Below are positions 29,120 to 38,784 of a stretch of 64,000 nt of DNA, one piece after another. The notes under the pieces were generated by a model. It searched no databases. It saw nothing but the letters and a program-made list of their open reading frames with translations, and had not been told where the DNA came from. The first letter of the stretch is position 1; each line of letters starts with the position of its first letter. The stretch covers positions 3,760 to 67,759 of the forward strand of contig JBMYRW010000002.1 of the NCBI GenBank assembly GCA_049602735.1. Reading direction: 5' to 3'. The stretch is from Thermoplasmatota archaeon. Lineage in GTDB: Archaea; Thermoplasmatota; E2; JACPAO01; JAHFTW01. The position numbers and the translations under genes were made by a program.

Positions 29120-29213
29120 GCGTCGCAGCCATGCGCAGCATTGCTGAACAAAGCTTACGGGCACCTGACCCCGTGCGATAACCCCTTCACCTTTCCCTCC
29201 AACTCTCTCTCCT

Positions 29214-30119
29214 GTGCGCCGCGCGCTGTTCGCCCTCATAGGGGTGCTCCTTCTGTTGGTCGCGGCCGACATCGGCCTCGACGCCTACATGTCCAGCGTC
29301 GCCGCCGACCGGATGGGCAACCACGACTTCGAGCGGGACCACGTCGTGACGCCGGCCGACTACGGTATGGCCTTCGAGGCGCTGCGCCTCGATTCGGACG
29401 GCCTCGCCCTGGCCGCCTGGTGGATCCCCGGCAACCAGACCGCCCCCGTGGTGGTCCTGGTGCATGGCCACGGCGCCACCATGGCGAAGTCCCTGGAGCG
29501 CTGGGGTCCGAACCTGCACGGTGCCGGCTACAACCTGTTCGCCGTCGATCTGCGCAACCATGGCGCTTCCGACGATGGCCCGGTCGGCGTCACATTCGGC
29601 GCCTCCGAGTGGCGTGACGTCGCTGCGGCCGTGGCGGCCGCCCGTGAGCGCGCCCCTGGTGCGCCGGTGGCACTGTACGGATCCTCCATGGGGGCAGCGA
29701 CGGTCCTCCTGGCAGCCGCTCAGGACCCCACGATCGCTGCCGTGGTCGCTGATTCAGGGTACGCCAGTTTCCGCTTCCAGGCCCACTTGGACGGCAAACA
29801 GGAGGGCTTCCCAGCTTTCCTCATCGACCGGGCGCTCGACGCCATGGACGAACGCGCCGGCGGTGGCGCGGACGCGCCCACGAGCGTCGATGCAGTGGCC
29901 GCCATCCAGGCCATCCGGGCCCCTGTGCTGGTGGCCCATTGCGCCGATGACGCAAGGGTGCAGCCGGCCTCCTTCGAGCGCTTGGCACCCTACGCGACGC
30001 AGACCTGGTTCGAGCCCTGCCCGACCGCCGTGCTCAGCGAGACGCACCACGTGGAAGGCTTCGCGCAGCCAGGCTACAACGAGATGGTGCTGCGGTTCCT
30101 CGCGGCCGCGATGCCCTGA
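29214..30119 (+). CDS. membrane-anchored alpha/beta hydrolase
   Basis: N-terminal TM helix; VLVHGHG, DLRNHGAS, nucleophile GSSMG, ADSGY. Confidence 0.88.
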   Translation: MRRALFALIGVLLLLVAADIGLDAYMSSVAADRMGNHDFERDHVVTPADYGMAFEALRLDSDGLALAAWWIPGNQTAPVVVLVHGHGATMAKSLERWGPNLHGAGYNLFAVDLRNHGASDDGPVGVTFGASEWRDVAAAVAAARERAPGAPVALYGSSMGAATVLLAAAQDPTIAAVVADSGYASFRFQAHLDGKQEGFPAFLIDRALDAMDERAGGGADAPTSVDAVAAIQAIRAPVLVAHCADDARVQPASFERLAPYATQTWFEPCPTAVLSETHHVEGFAQPGYNEMVLRFLAAAMP

Positions 30120-30157
30120 CGCAGCCCCTCTTTAGCGGACGCCACGGTGCCGCCCGC

Positions 30158-30781
30158 GTGCACCTCTACGGTCACCTCTCCTCAGGCAACGCGTACAAGC
30201 CGTGGCTGCTGCTCAAGCTCCTCGGCCGCGACTTCGACCACACGCCCACCGGTTTCTGGGAGGAGACGCGGATGCCCGAGTTCCGGGCGCTGAATCCGAA
30301 TGGCAAGGTGCCGGTCCTGGTGGACGACGACTTCGTGCTCTGGGAGTCCAACGCCATCCTCTGCTACCTGGCGGAGGGGACGCCTTGGCTGCCGCGGGCG
30401 GACGAGGCAGGCGGCCGGACCCGGGCGAAGGTGCTGCAATGGCTGTTCTTCGAGCAGTACAGCCACGAGCCGTTCGTCGCCACCATGCGGGCGGCCATGC
30501 ACTTCCAGCCTGTGGGGCCGGAGCGGGACGCCTTCGTCGAGGGCAAGCGCAAGGGGGCCGAGCACGCCCTGGGCGTCATGGAGGGTCAACTGGCGGCGAC
30601 ACCGTGGCTTGCCGGCGACGCGCCGACCGTGGCCGACCTCAGCCTGTTCGCCTACACCTCCACCGCCGAGGAAGGGACGCTCAGCCTCGATGGCTATCCC
30701 GCCATCCGGGCCTGGCTGGACCGCGTGCGGGCCCTGCCGGGCTTTGCACCTCAGCCGCCGTTCGAGGACCCGCGGCTTTAG
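30158..30781 (+). CDS. glutathione S-transferase family protein
   Basis: SGNAYK, LNPNGKVPVL, ESNAILCYLA, QWLFFEQYSHEP, TVADLSLFAY. Confidence 0.92.
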   Translation: MHLYGHLSSGNAYKPWLLLKLLGRDFDHTPTGFWEETRMPEFRALNPNGKVPVLVDDDFVLWESNAILCYLAEGTPWLPRADEAGGRTRAKVLQWLFFEQYSHEPFVATMRAAMHFQPVGPERDAFVEGKRKGAEHALGVMEGQLAATPWLAGDAPTVADLSLFAYTSTAEEGTLSLDGYPAIRAWLDRVRALPGFAPQPPFEDPRL

Positions 30782-30855
30782 GCCGCTGTTCAGGACAGCT
30801 CTCGGAGGCAGGATGAAAGATCGACCTTCTCAAGCCGCCGCTGCCGGACCATCGA

Positions 30856-31179
30856 CTAGCCTACGATGGCCAGGTCAAGCATGCTGATGCACTGGACCTC
30901 CGCCGCGATTCCCTTCGGGCAAGAAGGAACGATACCGCTGCCGCCGCAGGACTTGCTCACGTAGACCCAGGTCTCTTGGTCGAAAGGATCCATCGCCAGC
31001 CCCACGCCGAGGCCGGTCTCCCGCTCGCACAGGTCGATCAAGCATTGGGGGCCGAGGCCGGTGGACGGTCCAAGCACGAGGATGGGAGCGTCCTGTCCGC
31101 TGCATCCCGGGTAGGCGCCGGCCTCGCCTGGCATGGCAACGGTCGAAAGCAGGCAGGCCACAAGGCAGGTGCGTAGCAT
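30856..31179 (-). CDS. small secreted Cys-rich protein
   Basis: Signal-like N-terminus; 6 Cys in the mature part; same strand as two other Cys-rich genes. Confidence 0.55.
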   Translation of the reverse strand: MLRTCLVACLLSTVAMPGEAGAYPGCSGQDAPILVLGPSTGLGPQCLIDLCERETGLGVGLAMDPFDQETWVYVSKSCGGSGIVPSCPKGIAAEVQCISMLDLAIVG

Positions 31180-31255
31180 AGGTCCTGGTGGCCGCTCACC
31201 TACTTAGGCGACCGGCTACCAGATGTTTTCAGTCGAACCCGACCGGTTGAAGCCT

Positions 31256-32017
31256 TCAGAGGGCCGGTCCGGGGTACGGGCCGGGCACGCAATCGTCGTG
31301 GATGATGCGCGCAGGCCACGCCTCATACGTGGTCCGCTGGGACATGGGCCCACCGAGGCACGTCCATTCCAGGATCTCCTTGCAGTAGGAGGGGATGCGC
31401 AGCGTCGGGGACGCGTCGAAGCAGACGGTCACGCCGCCCGTGTAGCTGTCCGGGTCTTCGCCGGGCTCGCCGGGCGCCGCAGAGGCTGAGCGCACCACGC
31501 GGCAGTCGGCCGTCTTGGGGTGGCTCGATTCAGCGTGGCAGAGGAACTGGAGCACGCGGGCGTCCACGATGATGCAGTCGGTCTGAAGGTTCGTGCCGAC
31601 GTTCACCCAGACGTCACGATGGGGCTGCACGCGCTTCTCCATGTAGAAGAAGCCGTGGCAGGGCGGGTTCGCCTCGGAGCGGGTGCTGCCGCCGTCGCCG
31701 CAGTAGGTCTGCCATTCGACGGGGCCGAGGCGGAACACGGTGTAGGGGCCACCCGGCTGCACGCAGGCGAATCCGGGGAAGGACGGCGACGTGATCACGA
31801 CGGTCGTGCAGGCGAGCGGGTCCTTGCCGGGGCCGATGCCCTGGCTGTCCACGGCCACCGACGTGCGGCGCGCGAGCGGCACTGTCTGCTCCCCCGTGGC
31901 GGGTCCATAACAAGGGGAAGGGGAAGGAGGGTCCTCCGGGCTCGCGACGGCGCCAGGGGCACCCAGGACGAGCAGACCAAGGACGATGCTGGCGGCGAAG
32001 ATGCGAGTGGAGGTCAT
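31256..32017 (-). CDS. secreted protein with three 4-Cys modules
   Basis: MTSTRIFAASIVLGLLVLGAPGAVA signal peptide; 12 Cys; GAGGTG SD-like sequence upstream. Confidence 0.75.
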   Translation of the reverse strand: MTSTRIFAASIVLGLLVLGAPGAVASPEDPPSPSPCYGPATGEQTVPLARRTSVAVDSQGIGPGKDPLACTTVVITSPSFPGFACVQPGGPYTVFRLGPVEWQTYCGDGGSTRSEANPPCHGFFYMEKRVQPHRDVWVNVGTNLQTDCIIVDARVLQFLCHAESSHPKTADCRVVRSASAAPGEPGEDPDSYTGGVTVCFDASPTLRIPSYCKEILEWTCLGGPMSQRTTYEAWPARIIHDDCVPGPYPGPAL

Positions 32018-32025
32018 GGTGCACC

Positions 32026-32946
32026 TCAGGACAGGCTCGGGCCGCTACCCGGGGGCGGGCGGCACACGAGGAGCTTGACGTGGAAGGGGCCGACGTGGCG
32101 CTCCGTGGTGCTGCCACTGCCGCCGACGCAGGCGCCGAAGGGCTCCACGTCGATGTCGCATTCGCCGTTGGCGCCCTCATCGTAGCGGCCCCAGACGGCG
32201 TCGCGGATGACGGCGGGGGTGCCGTCGCGGGCGTCGCAGTAGTCGGAGGCGCTGCGGGGGGAGCTCACGCCGCAGCCGGGCACGAGCACGTCGACGCGGT
32301 CGATGACGATCGTGGTGCTGCCGCCGATGGGCTCGGTGCAGGCGAAGCCCTTGCCGACGGTCACCGTGGTGTCGAGGCAGGGGTTCTTGTCCTGCTCCAC
32401 GTCGACCACGACGTCCACGGGGGCCGGCGTGTCGGTGATGGGGCAGGGGTCGATGGGGATGCCGGGCGCGCGGGCGGCGTTGGTGGTGCCGCTGGTGCAC
32501 TGGTACTCGTAGACGGTGACGACGTCGGCGTCCACGATGGGCACGTATTCGCCGTTCCAGACGCACTCCACGAGGTGGATGTAGACGTCGATGCGGCAGT
32601 TGTGGTGCTGTTCGGCCTTGATGAAGGCGACCTGTTCGTTCTGGCGGGGGCAACCGGTGGTGGCCATGCTCAGTTCGATGCGGTCGGTGAGGCCACCGTC
32701 ACAGTAGTAGACGGCCACGCGGTCGCCATCGACCTCGCGTTCGACCTTACCGCCCCAGCCACCGACGCAGATGATGTCCTCGAACACGACGACCTCCTTG
32801 CTACAGTCCTCGCGGCGGGTGATCCGTACCTGGCCGTCCAGGTAGTCCTTCTTCGTACATTCATCCGACTCAGCAGCGGCGCCGGGCACGAAGGCCAGGC
32901 CGGTCATGAGCAGGCTTGCAACAACCAGAAGCGTTGGGAAACGCAT
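32026..32946 (-). CDS. secreted protein with four tandem 4-Cys beta modules
   Basis: MRFPTLLVVASLLMTGLAFVPGAAA signal peptide; 16 Cys in four units; C3-C4 spacing is 21 aa in every unit. Confidence 0.8.
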   Translation of the reverse strand: MRFPTLLVVASLLMTGLAFVPGAAAESDECTKKDYLDGQVRITRREDCSKEVVVFEDIICVGGWGGKVEREVDGDRVAVYYCDGGLTDRIELSMATTGCPRQNEQVAFIKAEQHHNCRIDVYIHLVECVWNGEYVPIVDADVVTVYEYQCTSGTTNAARAPGIPIDPCPITDTPAPVDVVVDVEQDKNPCLDTTVTVGKGFACTEPIGGSTTIVIDRVDVLVPGCGVSSPRSASDYCDARDGTPAVIRDAVWGRYDEGANGECDIDVEPFGACVGGSGSTTERHVGPFHVKLLVCRPPPGSGPSLS

Positions 32947-33047
32947 GCCCGCGCATCGGTCACTTCGTTTTGACCTTGTGGCGTGTGCGCGTTGCCTACG
33001 CGGGCCGTCCAGCGGCATCGCGGCCCCCTTCGGCCCCCGAAATCGGC

Positions 33048-33053
33048 ATATAA
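33048..33053 (+). promoter_or_regulatory. TATA box for infB (probably leaderless)
   Basis: ATATAA about 25 nt upstream of ATG 33075, in otherwise GC-rich DNA. Confidence 0.55.
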
Positions 33054-33074
33054 GGCACCTGGGTGGGCGCCAGC

Positions 33075-35135
33075 ATGAGCGACGACCGAACCGAAGAGGA
33101 GCGCCTGGCGGACGAGATGGCCGCCGAGCTCGAGGCAGAGTTCGCGGATCACTTCGATGATGTCGAAGAGACCACCGCCGAACCTGAAGAGGAGCACGAC
33201 CCGTACGACGACGGCCTCTTCGACGAGCCCGACGAGGCGCCCGCACCGGCCGCGGAGCCCAAGGACGACACGATCCAGGTCTCCGAGGAGGCCATCGCCA
33301 AGGCGAAGGCGGCGGCCAAGGGCGCCAAGGAGGGTGACGCGGACAAGGCGCTCGGCGCGCTTTCGGCCAAGAGCGACAAGGGGTACACCCGTCACCCCAT
33401 CGTGAGTGTCCTGGGCCACGTGGACCACGGCAAGACGTCGATCCTGGACCGCATCCGGGGCACCAAGGTGTTCGACCGCGAAGCCGGCGCCATCACGCAG
33501 CACATCGGTGCCAGCGAAGTGCCGATGGAGACGATCCACGAGCGCGCTGGCAAGCTGCTGGCGGGCAAGAACTTCGGTGTCCCAGGCCTCCTGTGCATCG
33601 ACACCCCTGGTCACCACGCCTTCAGCAGCCTGCGCGGCCGCGGCGGCCAACTGGCCGACATCGCCGTCCTCGTGGTCGACCTCAACGAGGGCTTCAAGCC
33701 GCAGACGCTCGAATCACTCAACATCCTCAAGCGCGCCAAGACGCCGTTCGTGGTGGCCGCCAACAAGGTGGACCGCATCGAAGGCTGGCAGACCGGCGAC
33801 AAGCCGTTCATCCTCAACGTGCGCGAGCAGCGCGACGACGTGCTGGCCCGCTTCGACGAGAAGTTCTACACGCTCATCGGCGCGTTCTACGACCAGGGCA
33901 TGCCGGCGGAGCGCTACGACCGCGTGGACGACTTCACCAAGAACATCGCCATCGTGCCCACCTGCGCCACCAGCGGCGAAGGTATCAGCGACCTGCTGGC
34001 GATGCTGGTCGGCCTGGCGCAGAAGTTCCTGGAGGACCGCCTGGAGACCGACGAGGAGCTGCCCGGCGAAGGCACCGTCCTGGAGGTCAAGGAGGACAAG
34101 GGCCTCGGCCAGGCGCTCGACGTCGTCCTCTACGCGGGCTCCATCCGCAGCGGCGATCGCGTGCTGCTCGGGACGCAAGGGGAACCGGTGGAGACGACCA
34201 TCCGCGCCCTCCTGAAGCCGAGTCCCAACGACGACATGCGGGACGCCCGCAAGGCCTTCGAGGACGCCGACGAGATCGTCGCCGCGGCCGGCATCAAGCT
34301 CATCTGCCCCAACGCCGAGGACGTCGTGTCGGGCGCGCCCCTGCGGGTGCTACGGGAGGACAACGAGGAGGAGGCGTGGGCCGCCGTGGAGGCCGCCAGC
34401 CGCATCAACATCCCCCTCGACGACACGGGCCTGTACATCAAGGCGGACACCATCGGCTCCTTGGAGGCGCTGGCGGGCGAACTGAAGGCGCACGGCATGC
34501 GCATCCGCAACGCTGCGGTGGGTGACATCAGCCGCCGCGACGTGATCGAAGCGGCCGCCATGACCGATCCGACCCAGCGCGCGCTCCTGGGCTTCAACGT
34601 CAAGCTGCTCCCCGGCGTCGAGACCGAGGCGGACGAACGGGAGCTGCCCGTCTTCGTCTCCAAGGTCATCTACACCCTGATGGACGAGCACGGCGAATGG
34701 CTCGCCGAGACCCAGCGCCGCATCGCCGCCGAGCAGCGCAAGGAGTACATCCACCCCGCCAAGGTGCGGTTCCTGCCCGGCTGCAGCTTCCGCCAACGCG
34801 ACCCCGCCGTCTTCGGCGTGCGCATCCTGGGTGGCCAGGTGATGCCCGGTCGACCCCTGGTGCGCCAGGACGGCCGCCAGATCGGTCGCATCCAGTCCAT
34901 CCAGAAGGAGAGCCGCACGGTCACGGTGGCGAAGTTGGGCGACGAGGTCGCCCTGAGCGTCCCCGGCCTGACGCTTGGCCGCCAGATCAAGGAGGACGAC
35001 ATCCTGTACATGGACATCCCTGAAGGGGACGCCAAGTGGCTGCTGCGCCAGGGCAACCTGAGCACGGACGAACGCGAGGTCCTGGAGGAGCTCGCCGCCA
35101 CCAAGAGGAAGGAAGACAAGTTCTGGGCCATGTGA
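33075..35135 (+). CDS. infB: translation initiation factor aIF5B/IF-2 with acidic N-terminal extension
   Basis: PIVSVLGHVDHGKT, REAGAITQHIGA, IDTPGH, NKVD, KADTIGSLEAL; archaeal-type C-terminus KRKEDKFWAM. Confidence 0.96.
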   Translation: MSDDRTEEERLADEMAAELEAEFADHFDDVEETTAEPEEEHDPYDDGLFDEPDEAPAPAAEPKDDTIQVSEEAIAKAKAAAKGAKEGDADKALGALSAKSDKGYTRHPIVSVLGHVDHGKTSILDRIRGTKVFDREAGAITQHIGASEVPMETIHERAGKLLAGKNFGVPGLLCIDTPGHHAFSSLRGRGGQLADIAVLVVDLNEGFKPQTLESLNILKRAKTPFVVAANKVDRIEGWQTGDKPFILNVREQRDDVLARFDEKFYTLIGAFYDQGMPAERYDRVDDFTKNIAIVPTCATSGEGISDLLAMLVGLAQKFLEDRLETDEELPGEGTVLEVKEDKGLGQALDVVLYAGSIRSGDRVLLGTQGEPVETTIRALLKPSPNDDMRDARKAFEDADEIVAAAGIKLICPNAEDVVSGAPLRVLREDNEEEAWAAVEAASRINIPLDDTGLYIKADTIGSLEALAGELKAHGMRIRNAAVGDISRRDVIEAAAMTDPTQRALLGFNVKLLPGVETEADERELPVFVSKVIYTLMDEHGEWLAETQRRIAAEQRKEYIHPAKVRFLPGCSFRQRDPAVFGVRILGGQVMPGRPLVRQDGRQIGRIQSIQKESRTVTVAKLGDEVALSVPGLTLGRQIKEDDILYMDIPEGDAKWLLRQGNLSTDEREVLEELAATKRKEDKFWAM

Positions 35136-35184
35136 GCCTCTCCCCCCGCGATTTCCTTATCCGTGGGGGAAAACTGGAACCAAC

Positions 35185-36480
35185 GTGACGCGTTTCCTCT
35201 TCGTCTCACTGGACGTCAGCCTCATCGGTGACATCGCCTGGCGCGTAGCCGACGAAGGGCACGAGGTGCGGTACTTCATCGGCGCCGAGGGCGACCGGGA
35301 GATCGCCGACGGATTCGTCACCAAGACCACCGACTGGAAGGCCGACGTGGACTGGGCGGACGTGATCGTCTTCGATGACATCTGGGACGGCGACCACATC
35401 GGCGTCGGCAAGATCGCCCAGGAGCTGCGGGCCAAGGGCAAGGCCGTCGTGGCGGGGACACCGGACACCGACCTCCTGGAAGACGACCGGGGCTTCGCCA
35501 TGAAGATCCTGGAGGAGCACGGCGTCAAGACGACGCGCCACAAGACGTTCACCGACTTCGACGAGGCGATCGCCCAGGTGGAGAAGGACCGCTGCGCGTA
35601 CGTCATCAAGCCCCTGGGCGAGGTGCAGAACGTCAAGCGGCTGCTCTACGTGGGCCACCGCCCCGACGGCGGCGACGTGATCGACGTGCTGCACGCGTAC
35701 AAGAAGGCCTGGGGCCACCGGATGAAGGGCTTCCAGTTGCAGAAGAAGGTCCACGGCGTGGAGATCGCCGTCTGCGGCTTCTTCAACGGCAAGAAGTTCA
35801 TCGAACCCATCAACATCAACTTCGAACACAAGAAGCTCTTCGACGGCAACATCGGCCCCAGCACCGGCGAGATGGGCACCAGCATGTTCTGGAGCCGCCG
35901 CAACCAGCTCTTCAACGAGACGCTGGGGCGCCTGGAGGGCTGGCTCGCCGAGACGGGTTACGTGGGCAGCATCGACCTCAACTGCATCGTCAACGGCACC
36001 GGCATCTACCCGCTGGAGTTCACGCCGCGCTTCGGCTACCCGACGATCATGCTCCAGGCGGCCAGCATGAAGACGCCCATCGGCGAGTTCCTGGCGGGCC
36101 TCGCGCGCGGCGAGGACGTCCAGTTGAAGATCAACAAGGGGTTCCAGGTGGGCGTGCGCATCTGCCTGCCGCCGTTCCCGTTCAGCGACCCCAAGACGTT
36201 CGAAGAGGAGACCAACAACGCGGCGATCGTCTTCCAGGACGGCAAGACCGACGGCGTCCACATCCAGGACGCCAAGCGCGTCGATGGCCAATGGCGCGCG
36301 GCGGGGGGCGTCGTGCTCTTCGTGGTGGGCCAGGGCAACACGATGCAGGAGGCGCGGCAGCAGGCGTACCGCCGCGTCAAGAACATCATCATCCCCAACA
36401 TGTACTACCGCACGGACATCGGCCAGCGGTGGATCGACGGCGACGGCGACCGGCTGCTCTCCTGGGGCTACCTGACCTGA
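35185..36480 (+). CDS. PurD-like (GAR synthetase-like) ATP-grasp ligase
   Basis: LEDDRGFA, YVIKP, EHKKLFDGNIGPSTGEMG, LEFTPRFGYP, YYRTDIG; lacks the canonical N-terminal GSGGREHA. Confidence 0.8.
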   Translation: MTRFLFVSLDVSLIGDIAWRVADEGHEVRYFIGAEGDREIADGFVTKTTDWKADVDWADVIVFDDIWDGDHIGVGKIAQELRAKGKAVVAGTPDTDLLEDDRGFAMKILEEHGVKTTRHKTFTDFDEAIAQVEKDRCAYVIKPLGEVQNVKRLLYVGHRPDGGDVIDVLHAYKKAWGHRMKGFQLQKKVHGVEIAVCGFFNGKKFIEPININFEHKKLFDGNIGPSTGEMGTSMFWSRRNQLFNETLGRLEGWLAETGYVGSIDLNCIVNGTGIYPLEFTPRFGYPTIMLQAASMKTPIGEFLAGLARGEDVQLKINKGFQVGVRICLPPFPFSDPKTFEEETNNAAIVFQDGKTDGVHIQDAKRVDGQWRAAGGVVLFVVGQGNTMQEARQQAYRRVKNIIIPNMYYRTDIGQRWIDGDGDRLLSWGYLT

Positions 36481-36493
36481 AGGCCTGGCTGCC

Positions 36494-37474
36494 ATGATCG
36501 CCGCCTCCCAGAGCCTCTGGCTCGACGTCCTGCTGGTCGCGGCCGGCATCGCCCTCCTGGCCGGCGGCGGCGAAGCGCTCATCCGCGGCGCTTTGGCCAT
36601 CGCCCGACGCCTCGGCATCTCTCCCCTCCTGACCGGCCTCGTCATCGTGGGCTTCGGCACCTCCATGCCGGAACTGGCGGTCTCCGTCGATGCCACCCTG
36701 GCCGGCACCCCCGACATCGCCATCGGCAACGTGGTCGGCAGCAACATCGGCAACATCCTGTTCATCCTGGGCCTCTGCGCCGTCATCACACCCCTGGCGG
36801 TCTCCCCCGTCGCCCTGCGGCGGGACTCCCTGGTGGTCATCGCGGCCAGCGGCTTGTTCGTCCTGGTCGCCTGGGGAGGCGTTGTGGCCCGACTGGAAGG
36901 CGTCCTGCTGCTCACGCTGCTGGCCACCTACGTCGGCTGGACCTACTGGCAGGAACGCGCCAAGGCCGGCCCCCCGGCGGAACTGCACCAACAGGAAGGC
37001 CAAGCGATCGAAGCGGTCCCCCACCGTTGGCCCGTCGCCGTCCTCCTGCTCGTGGCCGGCCTGGGGCTCCTGATCCTCGGCGCCCAGCTTCTTGTCCAAG
37101 GCGCCCAGAGCCTCGCCCGGGAAGCCGGTCTCTCCGAAGCCGCCATCGGCCTCACCGTCGTCGCCATCGGCACCTCCCTCCCCGAACTCTCCGTCTCCGT
37201 CATGGCCGCCACGCGCCGCCAAGGCGACGTCGCCATCGGCAACATCCTGGGAAGCAACATCTTCAACGTCCTGGGGATCCTCGGCGTCGCAGCGATCACC
37301 AGCCCCCTCGCCGTGGGCGAACGCATGGCCAGCTTCGACCAATGGGTCATGCTCGGATCTGCCGTCCTCCTGCTCGTGTTCCTGGCGACCAGGAGGCGGC
37401 TGGGGCGCGTCGAGGGTGGATTGCTGCTTGTGGGGTATGCGGGGTATGTTGGGGCGAGCTTCTTGGTGATGTAG
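36494..37474 (+). CDS. calcium/sodium antiporter (CaCA, YrbG-like)
   Basis: Two alpha repeats: GFGTSMPELAVS...GNVVGSNIGN and AIGTSLPELSVS...GNILGSNIFN. Confidence 0.93.
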   Translation: MIAASQSLWLDVLLVAAGIALLAGGGEALIRGALAIARRLGISPLLTGLVIVGFGTSMPELAVSVDATLAGTPDIAIGNVVGSNIGNILFILGLCAVITPLAVSPVALRRDSLVVIAASGLFVLVAWGGVVARLEGVLLLTLLATYVGWTYWQERAKAGPPAELHQQEGQAIEAVPHRWPVAVLLLVAGLGLLILGAQLLVQGAQSLAREAGLSEAAIGLTVVAIGTSLPELSVSVMAATRRQGDVAIGNILGSNIFNVLGILGVAAITSPLAVGERMASFDQWVMLGSAVLLLVFLATRRRLGRVEGGLLLVGYAGYVGASFLVM

Positions 37475-37560
37475 CGTGCTGCAAGGTCGTCAAGAAAAGC
37501 AATGATCTGAACCCGTGGTCGCTTGAACCAATGTAGGGCAACGAGGAAGGTGTGCGGACG

Positions 37561-38745
37561 TCATGGCATGAAGGCTTCTCGAAGTTCCGTGGCCGTAGCG
37601 TCCATCGTGTCCGCGAGCGTGACATGGTCGCACTCCTGGAACACAAGAAAGTCCGGAAGGGCATCCGCAAGTGCTTCGGCCAGGTCGGCCAGATCGAGGT
37701 CTTCAACTTCGAGATGAAAGTGGAGGATCTCGAGACGGCGCTCCTTCCGGTGGCGCTTGCAGTCCATCCTTCCAACAAACCGCCCGGCGTACAGGAGGGG
37801 CAAGCAGAAGTAACCATAGCGGCGCTTGGCCCGTGGAACAAAGCATTCGAGGCGATAATCGAATCCGAAGAGTTCCAGCAACCGGTCGCGCTGGATGATG
37901 GCGTTGTCGAACGGCGACAGGATCTGAAGGCGGTCATCGACCGGCGGCGGTTCATCAAGATCCAACGTTGAAGAAGCCAGGAACTGCGACCCATCATCGT
38001 CCGTGACCAGTTCCAACTCGCCTGCATCAAGGCGCGACGCGACGTTCTCCTCAACGGCCGCCTTCAGGCCTGCCAATTTCCTTCCATAGGCAATGTGCTT
38101 CACCTGGAAAATGCCGTGGGCGCGCTCATGGCGAGCAACGAGGCGATCCGCGAACTCCTCCAACGTCGGGGCTTCCGAATCGACGCCAGCCGGCAAGACC
38201 CGTTCCGTGAGGTCGTACGTCTTCTGCCCTCCTTCGCGGCTTGCGACCATCAACGCGCCTTCCATGAACAATTGTTCGAGCGCCTGCTTGGCGGGCTTCC
38301 AATCCCACCAGCCACCACCCTTTCGTCCACCGGACTTGAAATCACTGGAGCGCAGGGGCCCCTCGGCACGGATCCGTCGCAGAACGCCGGCCATCATGTC
38401 CCGGTCCGGATCCTTGTACCAATGCACCTGCCCATCGCGAAGGGCGTGCTTGTACGGCAAGGAATAACGAAAATCCTCCATCGGCATGAGCGCGGCGGCG
38501 TGCGCCCAATGCTCGAACGCTTTGCCCTCCGCCAACAGCCGGTGCGTCATCGGCGAATCGAACCTGGGCACGCGTGAGAAGAGGACATGGTGGTGCGCTT
38601 GTTGCACCACGGAGATGGCATCGACCTGGACGTAGCCAAGATGCTGGAGGCAGCGCGTGGCCCCTTCGAAGCCGGACCCGAAACGGCTCGCCTGCTGCAA
38701 CCCTTGTGCTTGAAGGGCCAATCGGCCTAGATCTGCCTGCTTCAA
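37561..38745 (-). CDS. YcaQ/AlkZ-like (HTH_42) crosslink-repair DNA glycosylase
   Basis: LGYVQVDAISVV (Q-phi-D motif), FEHWAHAA, GWWDWKP, YDLTERVLP, LSPFDN, KRRYGYF. Confidence 0.88.
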   Translation of the reverse strand: MKQADLGRLALQAQGLQQASRFGSGFEGATRCLQHLGYVQVDAISVVQQAHHHVLFSRVPRFDSPMTHRLLAEGKAFEHWAHAAALMPMEDFRYSLPYKHALRDGQVHWYKDPDRDMMAGVLRRIRAEGPLRSSDFKSGGRKGGGWWDWKPAKQALEQLFMEGALMVASREGGQKTYDLTERVLPAGVDSEAPTLEEFADRLVARHERAHGIFQVKHIAYGRKLAGLKAAVEENVASRLDAGELELVTDDDGSQFLASSTLDLDEPPPVDDRLQILSPFDNAIIQRDRLLELFGFDYRLECFVPRAKRRYGYFCLPLLYAGRFVGRMDCKRHRKERRLEILHFHLEVEDLDLADLAEALADALPDFLVFQECDHVTLADTMDATATELREAFMP

Positions 38746-38784
38746 GCTCTTCGATGGAGGGATGTTGGCGTTGTTCTTGGGGGT

